A stretch of 64,000 nucleotides of DNA, taken from assembly GCA_002633005.1 (NCBI GenBank), contig NMRA01001040.1, positions 1 through 64,000 on the forward strand, in the 5' to 3' direction. The DNA comes from Phoronis australis. Taxonomy: Eukaryota > Animalia > Phoronida. Of this stretch, positions 37,087-52,200 are shown one piece after another. Each line of letters starts with the position of its first letter. Position 1 is the stretch's first letter. Position numbers and translations under genes: made by a program. Under the pieces are notes generated by a model, which had not been told where the DNA came from, ran no database searches, and saw only the letters and a list, made by a program, of their open reading frames with translations.

Positions 37087-39318
37087 TGTTCTTGTCTTTG
37101 TGAGGAAATTTTATGGAGCTTATAATGGAGTCATTTGAAGAAAGTGCAGAGGTATTCCTTACTTGGCAGTGGTCTGTTTGGGTTTGATAATACTTTTCTT
37201 TTGTATTTTAAAATGGCCCGATACATTTTGCGTAGCTTAGTTTGGAACCAACGTCTGTATCATTTTCCCCAGTGGATCAACTTTCAATAGTTACAACTTA
37301 ACATGTGACTTCTGTGTCTTGAAGCCCCAATAAACCATCTTATGGTTCCCACTTATTACTCTAAAATTGTTAAATTGGTTACTATGGTTATAAATAGAAT
37401 AGTTGCTGGAATGCCATACACTTACTGATGGTTAAAATAGTACAAGTAAAACAACGTGGAGAATATTTTAGTACGAACTCTCATCGTTTTACTATTACTA
37501 ATGGTTGTGATTTGTATAGTACGTGGGAAAATTATCCATTTATTCTGACCAGTGAGCCATGTTTATAAGTGAGGATCAATGTTCACTAATGCAGTTACGG
37601 ATTTATGGGATTTTGTTATTCTTAACTCAGTTCCGATTTCATTTAATCAAGTCTGAACATGGTATATAGAGAAAATATTCCTAATTCACAAATAACCAGG
37701 GCTTTAAGTAACGGTAAACGTACCTTCCGTAACAAAAAAGCATTTTTGATTTTGGCAACGCACTCTTTTGATATTGGTCTCAAATTGTCACTCATTCAAA
37801 TTGGAGATGATTTCAGGGTTTCGCAAGAACTGAATGAATGCAGGCTTATATCCTCCTTTAACTGTTTCACAAATCAATGGACCAAAATGCTTTATAGTAA
37901 AAACATTTTGCCTCAACCTCTTAATTTACTATGGCAATGCATAGGTTAGATTGGTAACAAGATGCCAAACATCATGATATAATAAAAATTTGGTCTGTAT
38001 TGTTGTTTTGGTACCTGTACCATTGACAGTCCTGTGAATATGAGATATGGCAGAATGTCCTTAATTTGGATAGTCTGTTAAAATTCATGGAACCAAAAAT
38101 ACTAAACAAAGTAGACTTTATTTTTATTACGCATAACAATTCACAGAAAACATCAAAAAATATCCTGTACCATGTATATAAGAATATAAAAGAACATCTA
38201 TGTGTAAATATCAAATTGGAATAAATGACATAATATGACGTTCATAGTCAGCCAATTACAAAACCTTTACAACAAAGTTATCAACGGAACAACCAAAACA
38301 ATAATACTTCTAAAAGATAAATCTCAACATCACAGCATTTGCACGCTAAAGACAACAACACATACTAAACCAATTTAAAGCCTTTTTACCAGACTTGCAT
38401 TTTCGTCAACTACTAGAAGAAACTAATTAGTTAAGCTGATGAAATGTTAACAAAATATTACGTGAGAAAGAAGCCTGGTGAATTGGATTAAATATTCAAA
38501 TTCAAGCTAAAATCACAAAAATTTGGAAGATTATAAAGTCTGTGTTTGGCATCACCGTTTTAATCGCCTTTTTGTTGCTTGTACATGGTCAAAATGTGAC
38601 ATTCCTTGTTCACTACAATTCAACCTCATTATATCGTACATCAAGGGACCTATGGAACCTGTGAATTACGATGAAAGTTCAGTGGTACCAGATTAGACGT
38701 TTTTAGGCCAAATGAATCTGGAGAGACTAGCCCTAAACGCCATAAGCCTTCAGAAATGCTGTGCCCTGATACGGGCTTTGATGCAGTGTTTTTGATACAA
38801 TTATATTTTGTCTTGTTGTAAATACCAGTTTTAAGTGATTTTGCAAACTTGGTCAGTTTTATATTTTGCATGCATGCTTTTCTGGTATTTGTTCATTGCA
38901 AGCATAACTGAAGATCATTTTGGACTATAAATTTTGAACAATGATGAACTTGTTGAAAAGGTCGACTTTGTAAATGATTGGGATTAGTACCAAAAAGGTA
39001 AAATCAGGACTTAAAACTTTGCACATGATATCACTATCAACTTTCTAAACAAGGTACGATTATATAATGAGGTTTGACTGTATTTCCGCTTTGAGGAAAT
39101 GACTATGTTTCCCTAAAAGATGATTGTCTAAGTATTACTTGAGCAAAACTTAGGGAAGAAATTATAGAGTAAACAATCTGTAGACTAATACTTTTTTCAA
39201 ATCCACATGAAATACATCTGGAAGGGGTCTGTATATTAGCTATGAGCAAATTATTTTGTTTCAATATCACAGAAGTTCAGAAGGAAACTCATTGGGTGAA
39301 CATGGGCCTTCGATACAA

Positions 39319-39525
39319 GACCACTAGCGCCCTCTAATATAGGAGCACTAGCTACCTCTAATACAAGACCACTGGTGCCTTCTAATAATAGGATCATTAG
39401 CGACCTCTAATACAGAACCACAAGTGCCTTCTAATATGGGACCACTAGTGCCCTCTATGAGCACTGGTGACCTCTAAGACAGGACCGCCAGCACACTGTT
39501 ACAGGACCACTAGTGACCTCTATGA
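39319..39525. repeat. Degenerate ~24-bp tandem repeat x~8
   Basis: Unit is approximately AGGACCACTAGTGCCCTCTAATAC. Confidence 0.75.
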
Positions 39526-40283
39526 CAATGGTGCAATTTATTGAGACAGGCGCGAAATTCACTATCCAAGCACCCACAGGCTGTATAAAATTGTTAAAGC
39601 TCTTTACCGTTTTCCCCTCACTTGTACCTACTAGAAAAAACCTCTTGACTACATTTTTATACTTTACTCATGGTAGTCCAAAGTTATTAGTTGAAATTTG
39701 TCCATTTTTAGTCCTGAGTGACTTCTACTTACAAGAAAGCTACCTCTTGACTATATTTATTTACACTTTACTTGAAATTTGCCCATTTTAGTCCTGTGTA
39801 GACGTTATGTGGATAATTTTTTTCTACCAAAATTGAACTGTGGTGTTTTATTTAAGTTCCTACCTACTCTACACGCTGATGCCAACTGCTCACCAGAAAG
39901 ACAAAATAGTGAGTACTGAGTCATTCTTTAAATGTGGCACAGTCCTAACTATTCCTTACCTGAAGACAAGACTCTGGAAGTTATTTGATGTATGCCACCA
40001 GCTATGGGTAAGTCTTTGGCAAACAAAATGTCTGAAGACAAGGCACTACCTGTAAAATGACTGGTGAACCAACAAGCTCAAGAACTTGTAAAAAATTCAA
40101 CATTGTACATAAATGAATAGGCAATAGCCTTCATAATGAGAAAATGCCAAGTTTGTGTCACCTCACCATGCCACCGTATTTTTGTGGGAATTTACATTTC
40201 TCAAGTCTGGCAAAGGATGATTCCCTACTAGTGTAGAAACCATGTCTTAGAACCAGTTGGCAGGTCACACAACATAAGTAACA

Positions 40284-43200
40284 TTAGCTTGCGTATTGTA
40301 ACCTGTCTAAAGCATCAGTAAAGTTCAGGATATCTGCCATGGACCAGCCAAACTTGGTGTCGATGCACTGGTAGTAAAATGATGGAACCTGGAATGAACA
40401 ATTATACTGAAAAGAGTGAGACGGCAATGAAAGCCTGCAAAAATATAAGAATCCACAAATTACATGAGTTAAAAGGAATTTCATGACCTTCAAAAAGTTT
40501 TCGTCTTATGCTAACTGTTGATTTACAAATTGTTTCATAATAAGCTTAATTTGCCCAACTGAGCAAACATTTACAAGGCACACACACACATCTGTTCTAT
40601 AATGGCCATCTGATGACTCGTTGACATATTGACCAGTCAGTTGCAGAAACTGACCAAATAAAATCAACAGAGACTTTCCTCGCGTGAATGTGAGCACCAT
40701 AGTGATTTCAAACAAGAAAACCTGCAAAAAGTCAAAAAGTTCAATTGTGACACGCACGTTTTGATCTATAATAAGCCCTCGAGCAGTACTGTCTATGACG
40801 ACCAAAGTTTTGGTTCATGGTATGGCGTAGATATCTTTGCTTTGGTAAAAATGGTTTATAGTGATTTCTGGGCTTAACTCCAAATATTGTACATTATATT
40901 TTTGTGATAAGCATTAAAAAAGATTAGTGAATTTGAGGCCAACAACTACACATAACACCATAGACAACACGAAGTGCGCTGCTTCAATGGAAACATTCAT
41001 CGATGATTCCATTTTGAAATTTATCATTTTGGTTTGACTTATTTACCCCTAAGTGGTGACTGAACAGATGACATCAGATGATTCCAACCAACCAGAGCAT
41101 TTGATTTGTTCTCAATAATGACTTACATCTCAAAAACCAATCAAATGTCGTAATGTGTTGACACAGTGTAAGTCGAGTGTGTGAATCAAGTGCAGCTAAA
41201 GCCAAGAGTGTGACTCTGAGCTACCCACTGTGATGTATATACTGTCTACAGTCAGAGGGCAATAGCTGCCATCAATCAAACATGAACAATTGCCATAGTT
41301 TCACAAAAAGGATCCGTTTTGCAATGATGTTCAATGAAACCCTTACCTCTTCACGTAATCTTGACAGCTTAGTCAAGAGAGGCCCATCATAGTCCTCCAA
41401 TGCTTTCATGCACCTACAAACAAGTTTCATACTCTAAAAATTTGCAATGTCTGACATCCTGTACACAATATTAACTGAACGCTTAACTTAGGAAATAACC
41501 ACAGCCTGTCATCAAACCATTAAATATCATTTGTAGTGTCTGAAGAAAGTCCAGACCTTGCAGGTTCAGAATCCCTTGCTTGCATAGTACCTACATCGAC
41601 AACTTCTAGTACAATGATTTGAACAAAAATCTGAACTGATTTCTGAGCTTGACCAATGATCACAGCTTAATGGCCTGAGTATCAGCAAGAGTAACATAGG
41701 GTCTCTAGTTCGAGTCCTAATTTTGACCTGAAACAGTTTAAAGAAGGAACACTTCATTTACAAGATACATGGGCTGTATGTTCAAAAGGATTATTCTAAG
41801 ATTTCATACCTTTGTAAGTAATCGTTAATATTTGGTTAACACTAAGTGTTCATTTAAACATGCCCAGATTAATACAGGCAGCAGTATACCGAACACTGAT
41901 TCCATGATCAATCCAAATGTCCAAAGAGCAAGCTGTCATGAAAAACTAAAGCCTCTATCACACCAAAACAGGTTTATGACTGGAATAACGGCCAGAGTCA
42001 TGCATGGCCTTCTGCAAGTTGCATGGATGGTCACCAGAACAAGAAATCAACCTGACCATTCTCAGAAGCCGTGAAAACATGTACACAAAATCTGACTTGC
42101 CCATTGTTCAATATGACATCAAATGCGAACGTTCATTCAAATCGTGCTACACAGTTGGTCAATTTTGGAGTCAAATCTCAAGTAATTATGGGTAATGTCC
42201 AACAAGTCAAGTGCTGGCCACTCACCCTGTTAAATGTTTCTCTTTAAGCCAACTCTGTACTTGTTCTTTGGTCCAGCTGTTCGTTGACAGTGTGTCCTCT
42301 TTGTCATCACCACGGCGACTATGACGGCCTGCAGAGGTGAGACCTGGCTGCTCCAATGGGGCTGCAAGTAGACAGGAAATAATGATTAAAGCTGTAGAAA
42401 CCTACTGTCTGTAACCATAAATTAGAATTAGACCACACCCTTAAAAATGGTCTAAACTTGTTCCTTATTCATATGAAAATATTAGTGATTTTAGCACTTG
42501 ACAAGAACTGCTTGCCATGCTCAGCCAAGCCAAACATGCCTGGTCTCAAACAATGAAACAAACACAAGTTCTGCTTTAATAAACCAAGACATCTCCCCTA
42601 ATTAGAATACGAAACTGTTTAGTTGAGACCAATTAAAGGAAGTGACTGAAAATAAAAGTTATTCTTTGACATAAGAGGGCATTAGTGCAGACTTGAATAA
42701 CGAGCTGAGACCAGCATGAACTTAAACTTAACCTTAGTTTGAGGTCATCCACTGATGCGATGTGAACACCAATATAGAAATAAAAACATTGAAACTGCCA
42801 ACATCAGTGCACACCACCACCAAAAAGAAATGAACTTCTGTCCATTAAATTAAGTCCAAAAAACAAGCTGACTTTTCCATAGACAACAGTCCCTTCCTAG
42901 AAAAATTCTCTGAAATGATCATCATAATGACTTGAGTGTTTTTTTAAAGCTTCAGCAGCAATTACTTTTATGTCATTTTACCGTGTTCTAATAACATTGT
43001 ATGGATGAGCTGTATTCCTGCTTGAAATGCATGAGGGTTAAACTTAGAATACCTAATACTTTGTGTGTGTGTTGACAGGAAGATTTACCATCACTAATTG
43101 ACTTATTCCAGTTTGAATTTTATCAATTTGGCTTAACTTAAGTAATTACCACAATTACCACAATGTGAAACTTTCATACATTGTCACAAATAACGAGCCC

Positions 43201-46200
43201 ATTTTACCTGGGTTTTCACCAATTTTCCCTTTGTTTCCGATCTCCTTTCGGAGTGTAGAGAATGACTTTTCAAAGGGATCCTTGCCAGTGAAGTCAACAT
43301 ATATCTTAGATCCTACCAGAGCTCCCAGCCAGCCATCAGGTTTGTACTTCTTCTCCATGTAACATGGTACGTACGGCTTCTTCAGATTAAAGGTGTACTC
43401 GGCTTCTGCACAGATCACAAAGAGAAAACTATGCGAGTCTAAGGAGGGTCAATGTTTTATAATGTGAATACCGTGACCTGAAATCACTGGTTTACATGGA
43501 CTGCCTGGGATACCTTCTGTAGATGCAAGAAACTTGCCAAAACGCAAAATCACGCCAGTAAATGGCCAGCACACCCTAGCAAAATGGAGTCCGGTGAAGT
43601 GAGATTGAAATGTTGCATTATGGGATAGAATTCACTGCTTTCGTTTCATAAGTGAAGACTTCTTGCCACAAGTACTACACGAGTGTCTTGGGTCTATATG
43701 GAACGCGGCCTAAATGACTACTGTCATCTCTCACAATATCATTTCCTTTACTTTCACCTGTTCAGAACACTGAATACATTTCTGAAGATCAGTTTGTAAA
43801 TTAAACCCCTTTATAAATATTAAAATTTAAAATTTTTGTTTTTTATCAGTTTTCAATGTTCGTTGTCATTCACTTTGACGGCCATTTTGCAGATGCACTG
43901 CCAGAAAGTCAATAACTAAACTAATAGCATTTTACATTGTGTGCATTTTGAAAAACTTGATTTTGCAATAACAGACATCTATGTCCAGGTGTAGAGCTGG
44001 TATTGCTATACATGAACATATATTTGCAAAAACTGTAGAAATCAAAATTTTGTATCAAGTTACCGGCACAAAAAGAATGCCATTTGTCCATTATTCTACA
44101 GTTAAGTTTATGGAGTAAGCATATGCATTACCTTTGCATGCCATGGAATTGACCTATCCTTTTTTGTATTCTTCAATCAACTGTATTTCTTTTACAAGAT
44201 AGCCCACAGATCACAACAAATTACCAGAATTGAGTTCACTTATAGTTAGAAGTGTTCACTACTTTATTACCAGTGAATGAAATTCTAAGGAAATTTTGCT
44301 TTGGTGAAGTTGTCATCATCTCCCAAAAATGTCACTTTGCCAAACTAGAAATCGAGCAAATGCTGCGATCCAACTGGTTTGAAATCAATGTCCGACTTTT
44401 CCTTGTTACAAAATTTGGGAGATTGAATCATGTAAGAAAATAATGTTCATCAGATTGTTTCTTTTAAACATCCGTAACAGACAAGATAGGTGTCATACGG
44501 TTGGTTACACTTTGATGAAAGTTTCTTTGAGAGAGGACCACAGAGTTATGGGGAACTGAAAAAAATGTCAAATTTTCACCCACAACGTTCACTAGCAATG
44601 CTTTGACACCCAGACATACACAACAAGCCTGTCAGAGTAAAGCATGCATTTCCAGATAAACTCCAATTCCTTAACACTAAACAGCATGCAAAACTGAATG
44701 CATTATAAGATCCTACCTGTCCTAGTGTTTGAGCTCTCCTTGTACGGCTCAGAGACACAGATGAGCACAACAGCTGCTTCCTCCACTGCTCGAGCCATTG
44801 CTTCAAGTGTGTCACCATTCATCTGATCAACATCAATCCACACTTTGTATCCAGACTCCTACAGAGAAAACAACAAAAGAGGTGTAAAATAGTAAAAATA
44901 AGTAAGAATTGTCAGTCTTCTTACAAGCCATATATTGGTCACATCACATGACCTATGGTGAAATTTGAAAAGATCTCTGTCTCCACAGGGGCTCGAATCT
45001 GGGACATTCTGCTAACCATCATTCAAGCCTCATATGAGACAGAGATCCTTTCAGATTTAACTTTAATTCACGTAATGTGACAAACATATGGCCTGTAAGA
45101 CTAAAATTCTTACTCATATCATATCAACACACTGACTTTTAACAGCACAATAATATAAATAGTAAGGAATAATTTTCTGTCAATCTCAAACATAATTTCA
45201 AAGGTTTTTTGTTATGCGTAGCCTTTAGCAGATACTATTTGTTCATAGAAACAAGGCTCTTAATTGATTGCATGCCAGTCAAGAAAACGTAGTCATACAT
45301 TCAAGACTATGACTTCTAAAACAAGGTTCATAATAAATGTACAAATGATCTCCAGTCATTTCTTGATACTGACACACTAAGCTGCTACTTAGCAAGTCAT
45401 GATTTCTACACAGACAAATTTACTGATATCCAAATAAAATGCCAGCTACCTTGAGTCTGTTAGAGATCTGTAGAACCACAGGCTGGTTGGCCCAACTGTA
45501 ACTCAAGAATACGTGTCCTATACTGTCCTCAGTGGAAATTGGCTTCTCTAAAAGTAAAAAAAAAAAACAAAGTTGCATACAACATTTATAATTATGTTAT
45601 TTTTCACTAAATTTAATTCACACTCACTCAAGTCACCTACACCATTCAGTATGGCAAACTCATGTCTTGGAAACAGCAACACTGATTGACACATGGAAAC
45701 AGAATGCTTTATGTTGAAGTTTACTTAATGAAAAACTTGAATAACAGGACCCTTTCACACCCACCTTATTTGTTCAAGACGCCTTATCCTAAATGAAATT
45801 CACATACAGCATTTTTCTAAAACAATTCATAGGTCTACCAAAATTTTTGGTTTGCCCTCTCCTGGGACTCTGGTTGACTATTCAGTATACTAAATAAAGA
45901 CTGTGAATTGGTTGAACAACACCGACAAATGTTTTACACTGAAATTCACTGCCTAGTTATGGCTGGTTGTGAGTTTTTAGTCAGTTACTTCCAGTGGTCA
46001 CACAACTTACCACAAACTAATGTAATACACACGAGGTTAATAACAAAAACAAATAATAAGAGGTAAAAGCGTTATCATAGTTATCGAGGTTAACGCCCAC
46101 ATTTAACTTAAATGGACATAATTGGTTTTGCGACAGAAAAACAAATTTTGGGGATTATTGCAAGAAGGAACAGACTCGTTGAAGTTTTAGCTTTGACCAG

Positions 46201-49200
46201 AGTTATATAATAAAGCAACAAAATCCGTTGTTTTTGTGATCTTATTACAAAACACCAATTCTCGCTGTTGTTTGCCAGCCATTTGCGGAACTCAAGGTTG
46301 ATGACTTTACTAGTTTAACTACTCTGCACAGTTTTGGACTGAAACCATTGATGTTGTGAGCTTGTGCTGATTTTACAAAACCATGTTTCCTACCAATTAT
46401 ATCACTTTACGCCTGCCTTCAAATTTTCTAGTATACTTTAATTACTGGATGCCCAAGCTCATTAAATGTTATTAACTAGCCACTTTCAGTTCATCATTCT
46501 GTAAGTGTTTACTTGACTCTTACATGTGACGTGACTGAAAAGAATGTAATCAGCCTGAATCAGATGCTAAAGTTTGAATTTCTGTAGTAAATTGAGCACG
46601 CTTGACTTAATATTCTCTTCATGATTTTTCACTTTCTTAGCTAAATGGTCTGGACGTTAACTAAAGGAACATACCATACTTATTCGGGTCAATGTCCAAG
46701 ACACATAAATTGGGAAATTCACAAATCAGCCAACCATATTAAATTTAACTTCTGTTGTTAAATGCATTTATCGTCATTATTTTGACATTTGTCTCTTTAT
46801 TTTGATATCAACCCTTAGGGTTTACTCTGCAACATAGCTCGTGGCGTACCCCGGGCAAAATGGATTATGATAAACAATTTAACAACAACCACTTCACATC
46901 TCCTTCAGTAAAAAGGATTATTCCCCACCTCAATATGGCAAAAGGCTGCTCGTTACCCAAGAGTCAGTGTTGAAGGCTAAAGTTCTTGGGCACTCACAAA
47001 GATACTGGCACTTTTAAGGATGACACATGGGAGTGGATGCTAAACTGATAATGGATGTTTAAACATTTCAGGGGTGGGGGTTAACCTGAATGAGAGCAGT
47101 TATGTAAGTGGACAATTGCCGGCAATACTGGTGCAGTGAGTCAATCAAGTGACTGTTCAGGCTTTATGGCTGCAGCATCTAGCTTTGGCTGAGCACATGA
47201 GCATTAGGTAAAAGTCGGATATAATGTACCCGTATTTTAAGAGCCAGCTTTTTCCACTGAATAACGGGGATCAAACTGGTTCTCAAAATGTGGGTATGTT
47301 ACATCCAACTATTGCCCAAGCCATCTATGTCCACACACAGACAAACACACACACACACACACACACACACATAAGCAAAAACACACTAACACACACACTA
47401 ACACACACACTCACACGCACACTTCTAGTTCATAACACAACAGCATACCTCCAACAGGTGTCTCACCAGATTCATCCTTGACCGGCACTGGCTCATGAAT
47501 AGCCTTCATCTGAAACTTCGCCCCGTCCAAAAGTCGCAGGAACTCCTTGTCAGAAGTCATAGAGCCGTCCTCACCCATCATCATCATGTGATGATGACCC
47601 CCCTCCATGATTTTCTTCATAGTGGCCATAAGCTTCTGGTTGTTGTGGAGTTTTAGTTTAGCGTCTTTGTTGAAGGACAGTGACCACAATCCTTCCAGGC
47701 CTATCTTCACTTCTTCTTTCTTGTCCGAGTCCAAAAGCCTGATAAATAGCTCAACTGCACCATCGTCTGTTAACTAAAAGGGAAAGTAAGACAAATTATC
47801 AACACGCCACTTCAAACTGTGTCACTGTTTTACAGCTCCAAGAAAGTGGTGATATTGAGCAGTCCACTGAAGAAAGGAATGACTAACAACACAGTCTCCA
47901 AGTGGGCCAGACTTATTCATATCTGTCTTCTCACTACAAAGAGTCATCATTGCAAACATATATTGCTAACTCAGTTTGTGGTCATTTGAGTATATTCCAT
48001 TGAATACTTATTAAGACAAGAGAGTGTGATGAAAGACTAAAATACCTAGTACATAAGCTACCATCAATTGTTTTCCTTAATATAATTACCAAGGCCACCA
48101 CCGACAGCTTTCTATAATTTTATTCACTAAGGCTACCAATGCTTTGCATATTTTATCCAACCAGGTTATCATTATTTTCCTCAATATTATCTACCCAGGT
48201 TAGTCTAATGTTGTCTTGAATATTATCTATCCAGGTTACCATATTGCTCTCCTAATGTTATATACCTCGGTTACAACACTAAATTCACCAACTTTGAATG
48301 ATACTTCTAAGTATAAGTATAAGTAAGATTAATCAAGGTAAAAAGCACACAACCTTATTCAAGCTTGGACAATGTCATTCAAGCTTGGACAATATCATTC
48401 AAGCTTGGACAGTATTATTCAAGCTTGGATAATATTATTCAAGCCTTTTGAACTCACATAATTCAAGGATCCACACCAAGCTTGCATAACCTCTCTAGCA
48501 AAATGGCAGATGTTCTTATTTCAGCTCAATTGAGTGTACCACACAAAGTAGGCTATCATGCACAAACAAGACATGAGATTTGTTTATTTTGATCACTAGT
48601 CAGTGACATAATTGGCTAAAGATAGCGCACTTAAATTACGTTAATGGTCAGCAATCGTATTCAAGATTGCAACCCAATGCTTACAAAGAAGCAAGGTATT
48701 CCAAGCTTGAAATTCGTTTTAATCAGTAGCAAATAGAGGATTATCCAGCATAACTTAAAAGACTAATAGACCACCGCGTCTCAGCATTAGAGAATGATTG
48801 ACTCACTTGCTGTTTCAACTCATCATAAGCAGCTAACGTGACAACAGCCTTTGCAATGCTGCACGCATGTATTGAGTGGTACATCCTGTTGGGATCATCT
48901 AGAGCCCAGCCGAGTCGATCACACAGGCCTTTCACCACATCTGCAACAAGGTAAGTAACAACTGTTAAGCCATAGTCCACACAGAAAATACAATTAATTA
49001 AAGAATGCAAATTTGGAAAAGCTATCACTGCAGGAGAAATGCTCAAGGTCTGAAGTTAGGAGGAAGAAAGGAAAGTGGTGACCATGCAGAAATTGGAACA
49101 CACAGGGAGTCTTATCCTTTCAACCACAAGGCAAGCAAAACGAAGACGTATTTTTGGAATTCTCACTCAACAACCTAACAGGTAAACTGTTTCCACGAGT

Positions 49201-52200
49201 AACCATGCACTCAATAGCTCTTAATCAGGCTAACCACCCATCTTTGCAATACAATGAACTAGATTTATTTATGAAGACTGGAGTAAAAGAGACTGTACTA
49301 AGGGTGCACAGTTGATCTTGCAAAGGTAGTACTTTTTAATAGGACAAGATGGTTCAAAAGGTTTAGAGTATTTTGAAGAGTAGCTAGCTGACCAGCATCG
49401 TGGGTGCATGTAGACTGTTTTGGCAGGTATTCACACCAGGCATGCGTTCAGTAGACGCTAGGACCTACGCTACGACCTAGCTAAAACCTAGTCAAAGTCA
49501 AATGCACTCATTTAAAATGAACAGCAATATCTCACGTAATCTCGCGAAGTCTTGCTTTTTAGCGAGGTCCTAGCATTACTGAACGGGAGGCAGCCCCATC
49601 ATAGCATGCTTATGGCAACTTTAAAAGGAAGTTTAACAGGCCAATGTATATAGAAAGACTGGTATCATCCATTTGACAGTCAAAAAATGAAGATATGCCA
49701 CAGTTCTTTGATTCTTTCTATAAAACTCAAGTGTGAATTTTTGTACATGGAAGTTATGAGAATCACCCAAAACTTACCATCATCTTTGCTGAAGTAATAA
49801 GACAAATATTGCTCTTCCACTAGATAACAAACAAGAAGTAATGCTGTTAATTTGAAGTATTCATCTTCATGATGTTTGAACGGAGAGATAATCTGAAAAC
49901 AAAGATGAAAACTTTTTAACAAAGTTTATCAAAATATGATAGGTAGTTAGCCATCCATTTAAAACACAATTTAATGCAAATTGTGTGTTTAGGTCTACTT
50001 TGTGTTTTGAAATTGGTCTGACTGTTTTGACCAAAGAACTCTTATCACAGTGCCTTCACAAATACAAGCAATGCTGAATGTTGATATGTTCGCACTGTGT
50101 ACATTGCATACGTTGATATGTACACACTGTGTACATTGCATACGTTGATATGTACACACTGTGTACATTGCACAGGTTGATATGTACACACTATGTACAT
50201 TGCATACGTTGATATGTATGCACTGTGTATATTGCATACATTGATATGTACGCACTGTGTACATTGCATACGTTGATATGTATGCACTGTGTATATTGCA
50301 TACATTGATATGTATGCACTGTGTAAATTGCATACAGTGCAGATACAAGAGATGATCACTACTTTCAACATTCCACTGAACAGATCAATGCAATTAGAAT
50401 TAAATAACAGCTTCTAGTGGGCTCAAAGCAAGCCTCCTCAATAGGAATGCTCATGTCACCTTTCACCGTGATTCTTCAAGAAGTTTGGAGGTTACGGAGG
50501 CAGACAACAAAGGACATAAAAACAATAGAAAGGCCACAAGGGGATGCAACATAGATCAAATCCACCTGTCTACATGTAAGTAATGTATTTGCAAAATTTC
50601 ATGAACTGCCATCAAAGAACTTAGTACATATCAAGATGAAAGCAAAGAAAAACAAAACAGCCACTAGGCAACTCCACACTAGTTGGATTTGTCTCAAAAT
50701 CCTCGTCAGGTGTACTTTACTCAATAGAAACACATGCCAAATTTCATGAAGATCCATCAAGGAAAGTGAATTGAGCTATATGAAAAAATTGTCACAAAAG
50801 GGTGCCACAACAGTTTGAAACGTTGAAAAATTAATATATTTTAATTATTTATTTAATATGTGTGTGTGTGTGTGTGTGTAAGTATTATGTGAGTGCATAG
50901 TAAAGTAATGGTTCTTAAAATTTTGACTGCAGAGAAAAATCATAATCAAAGAAAATGCTGTAGAATAACCAGATTTATACCACAATATTAGCCTTGAATG
51001 GACCATACAACCGTGTAATAACCCATATTAGTTATCTCACTAGTGAGATAACATTTTGGTGGGAAACCGAGGTCGGGTTCGAACCCGGGCCACAAGAGTT
51101 TCAGTCGTCGACTTAACCACTGCACCACTCAGCGGCTGATGTCATCGAACGTGAACATAAAGTACTTAAATGAGCACGCGCAACAATCGCATGTTCAACA
51201 AAAAGCTAGGTACCGAGAATGAAAAATAAGACGCATGATTTCCATAAAAACGATATTTTAATTCAGCGAAATTTTTCTCTCATGTTCTCTCACTTGTAAA
51301 TTACCGATCTCCAATTTGAATGCCGGTATAGTGTCGTCGGGATCCTTTGACTTTAGAATTATACTCTGTTACCAGTGGTAACCTACTTTAGCAAACCATA
51401 TTTTCCCGGTCGAAGCTTAGCGTAGTAACATGTGTAGAAAGCTATAATAGTTGCTAAACCTTAATTTATAGATTCACTTTATTTCTATTTTGTTTAAATT
51501 TTCAATTGGTTTTGAGTAAAAGCACTATTTGACAAAAGTAGCTCGGCTTTTCTTAAAAGGTCACGACCTCCGACCCTGGGCCTCTGACATAGAAAGTAGT
51601 TACAAAGCCGAGGCAAGTCCAGAAAAGGTAGATCGATTCATTGCAATGTTTCTCGTTCAGTATGTGGTATAAATAGATTATTACATGTTCTCAGTCGTTA
51701 TTCCCCTTTTCTAGAGCCCCCTCGGGCGATAATTCACCAAAATCCACTCGGGCTCTAGAATACGAGGGATAACGACTTCCTATGTAATAATCTATATGTA
51801 TCATATGGAAATTCCCAGAGTGGAGAAGTCACATAGACATACCTCCTTAGTCTTGTAATCCTTGAACATATGTCTGACCTTATGACACCGAGCAATGTTG
51901 GCTAACATTCCTATAGAAGCCTTCAGCACGTAAGTGACATTCTGAAAAGTAATTTATAATAGATAAGTAACTCAGGAACATTCTCTCAAAAACAAGTTAA
52001 CAAAGCCTGAAACACTTTAATAATTCTAAACAAATTTCACACCAACAGACATATTGAGAAACACTGTGTTCACTCTACACTTCCAAAAACTGTCAAGTGG
52101 ACCCACTGTCTAAATTTTTTAGAGTCCATTTCAAAATCTTGTTGCCTGTGAAAAGAGTAAAAAACCGATTACATTAGTATGGAAAAATGTAAACTGTACA

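Noticed and set aside
40389-40435. Upstream acceptor for the last TIR-gene exon
   Set aside because: Wrong phase for the preceding phase-0 intron; the acceptor at 40389/40388 fits.
49995-50371. Cys/His-rich ORFs resembling zinc fingers
   Set aside because: They are translations of a 32-bp intronic minisatellite.
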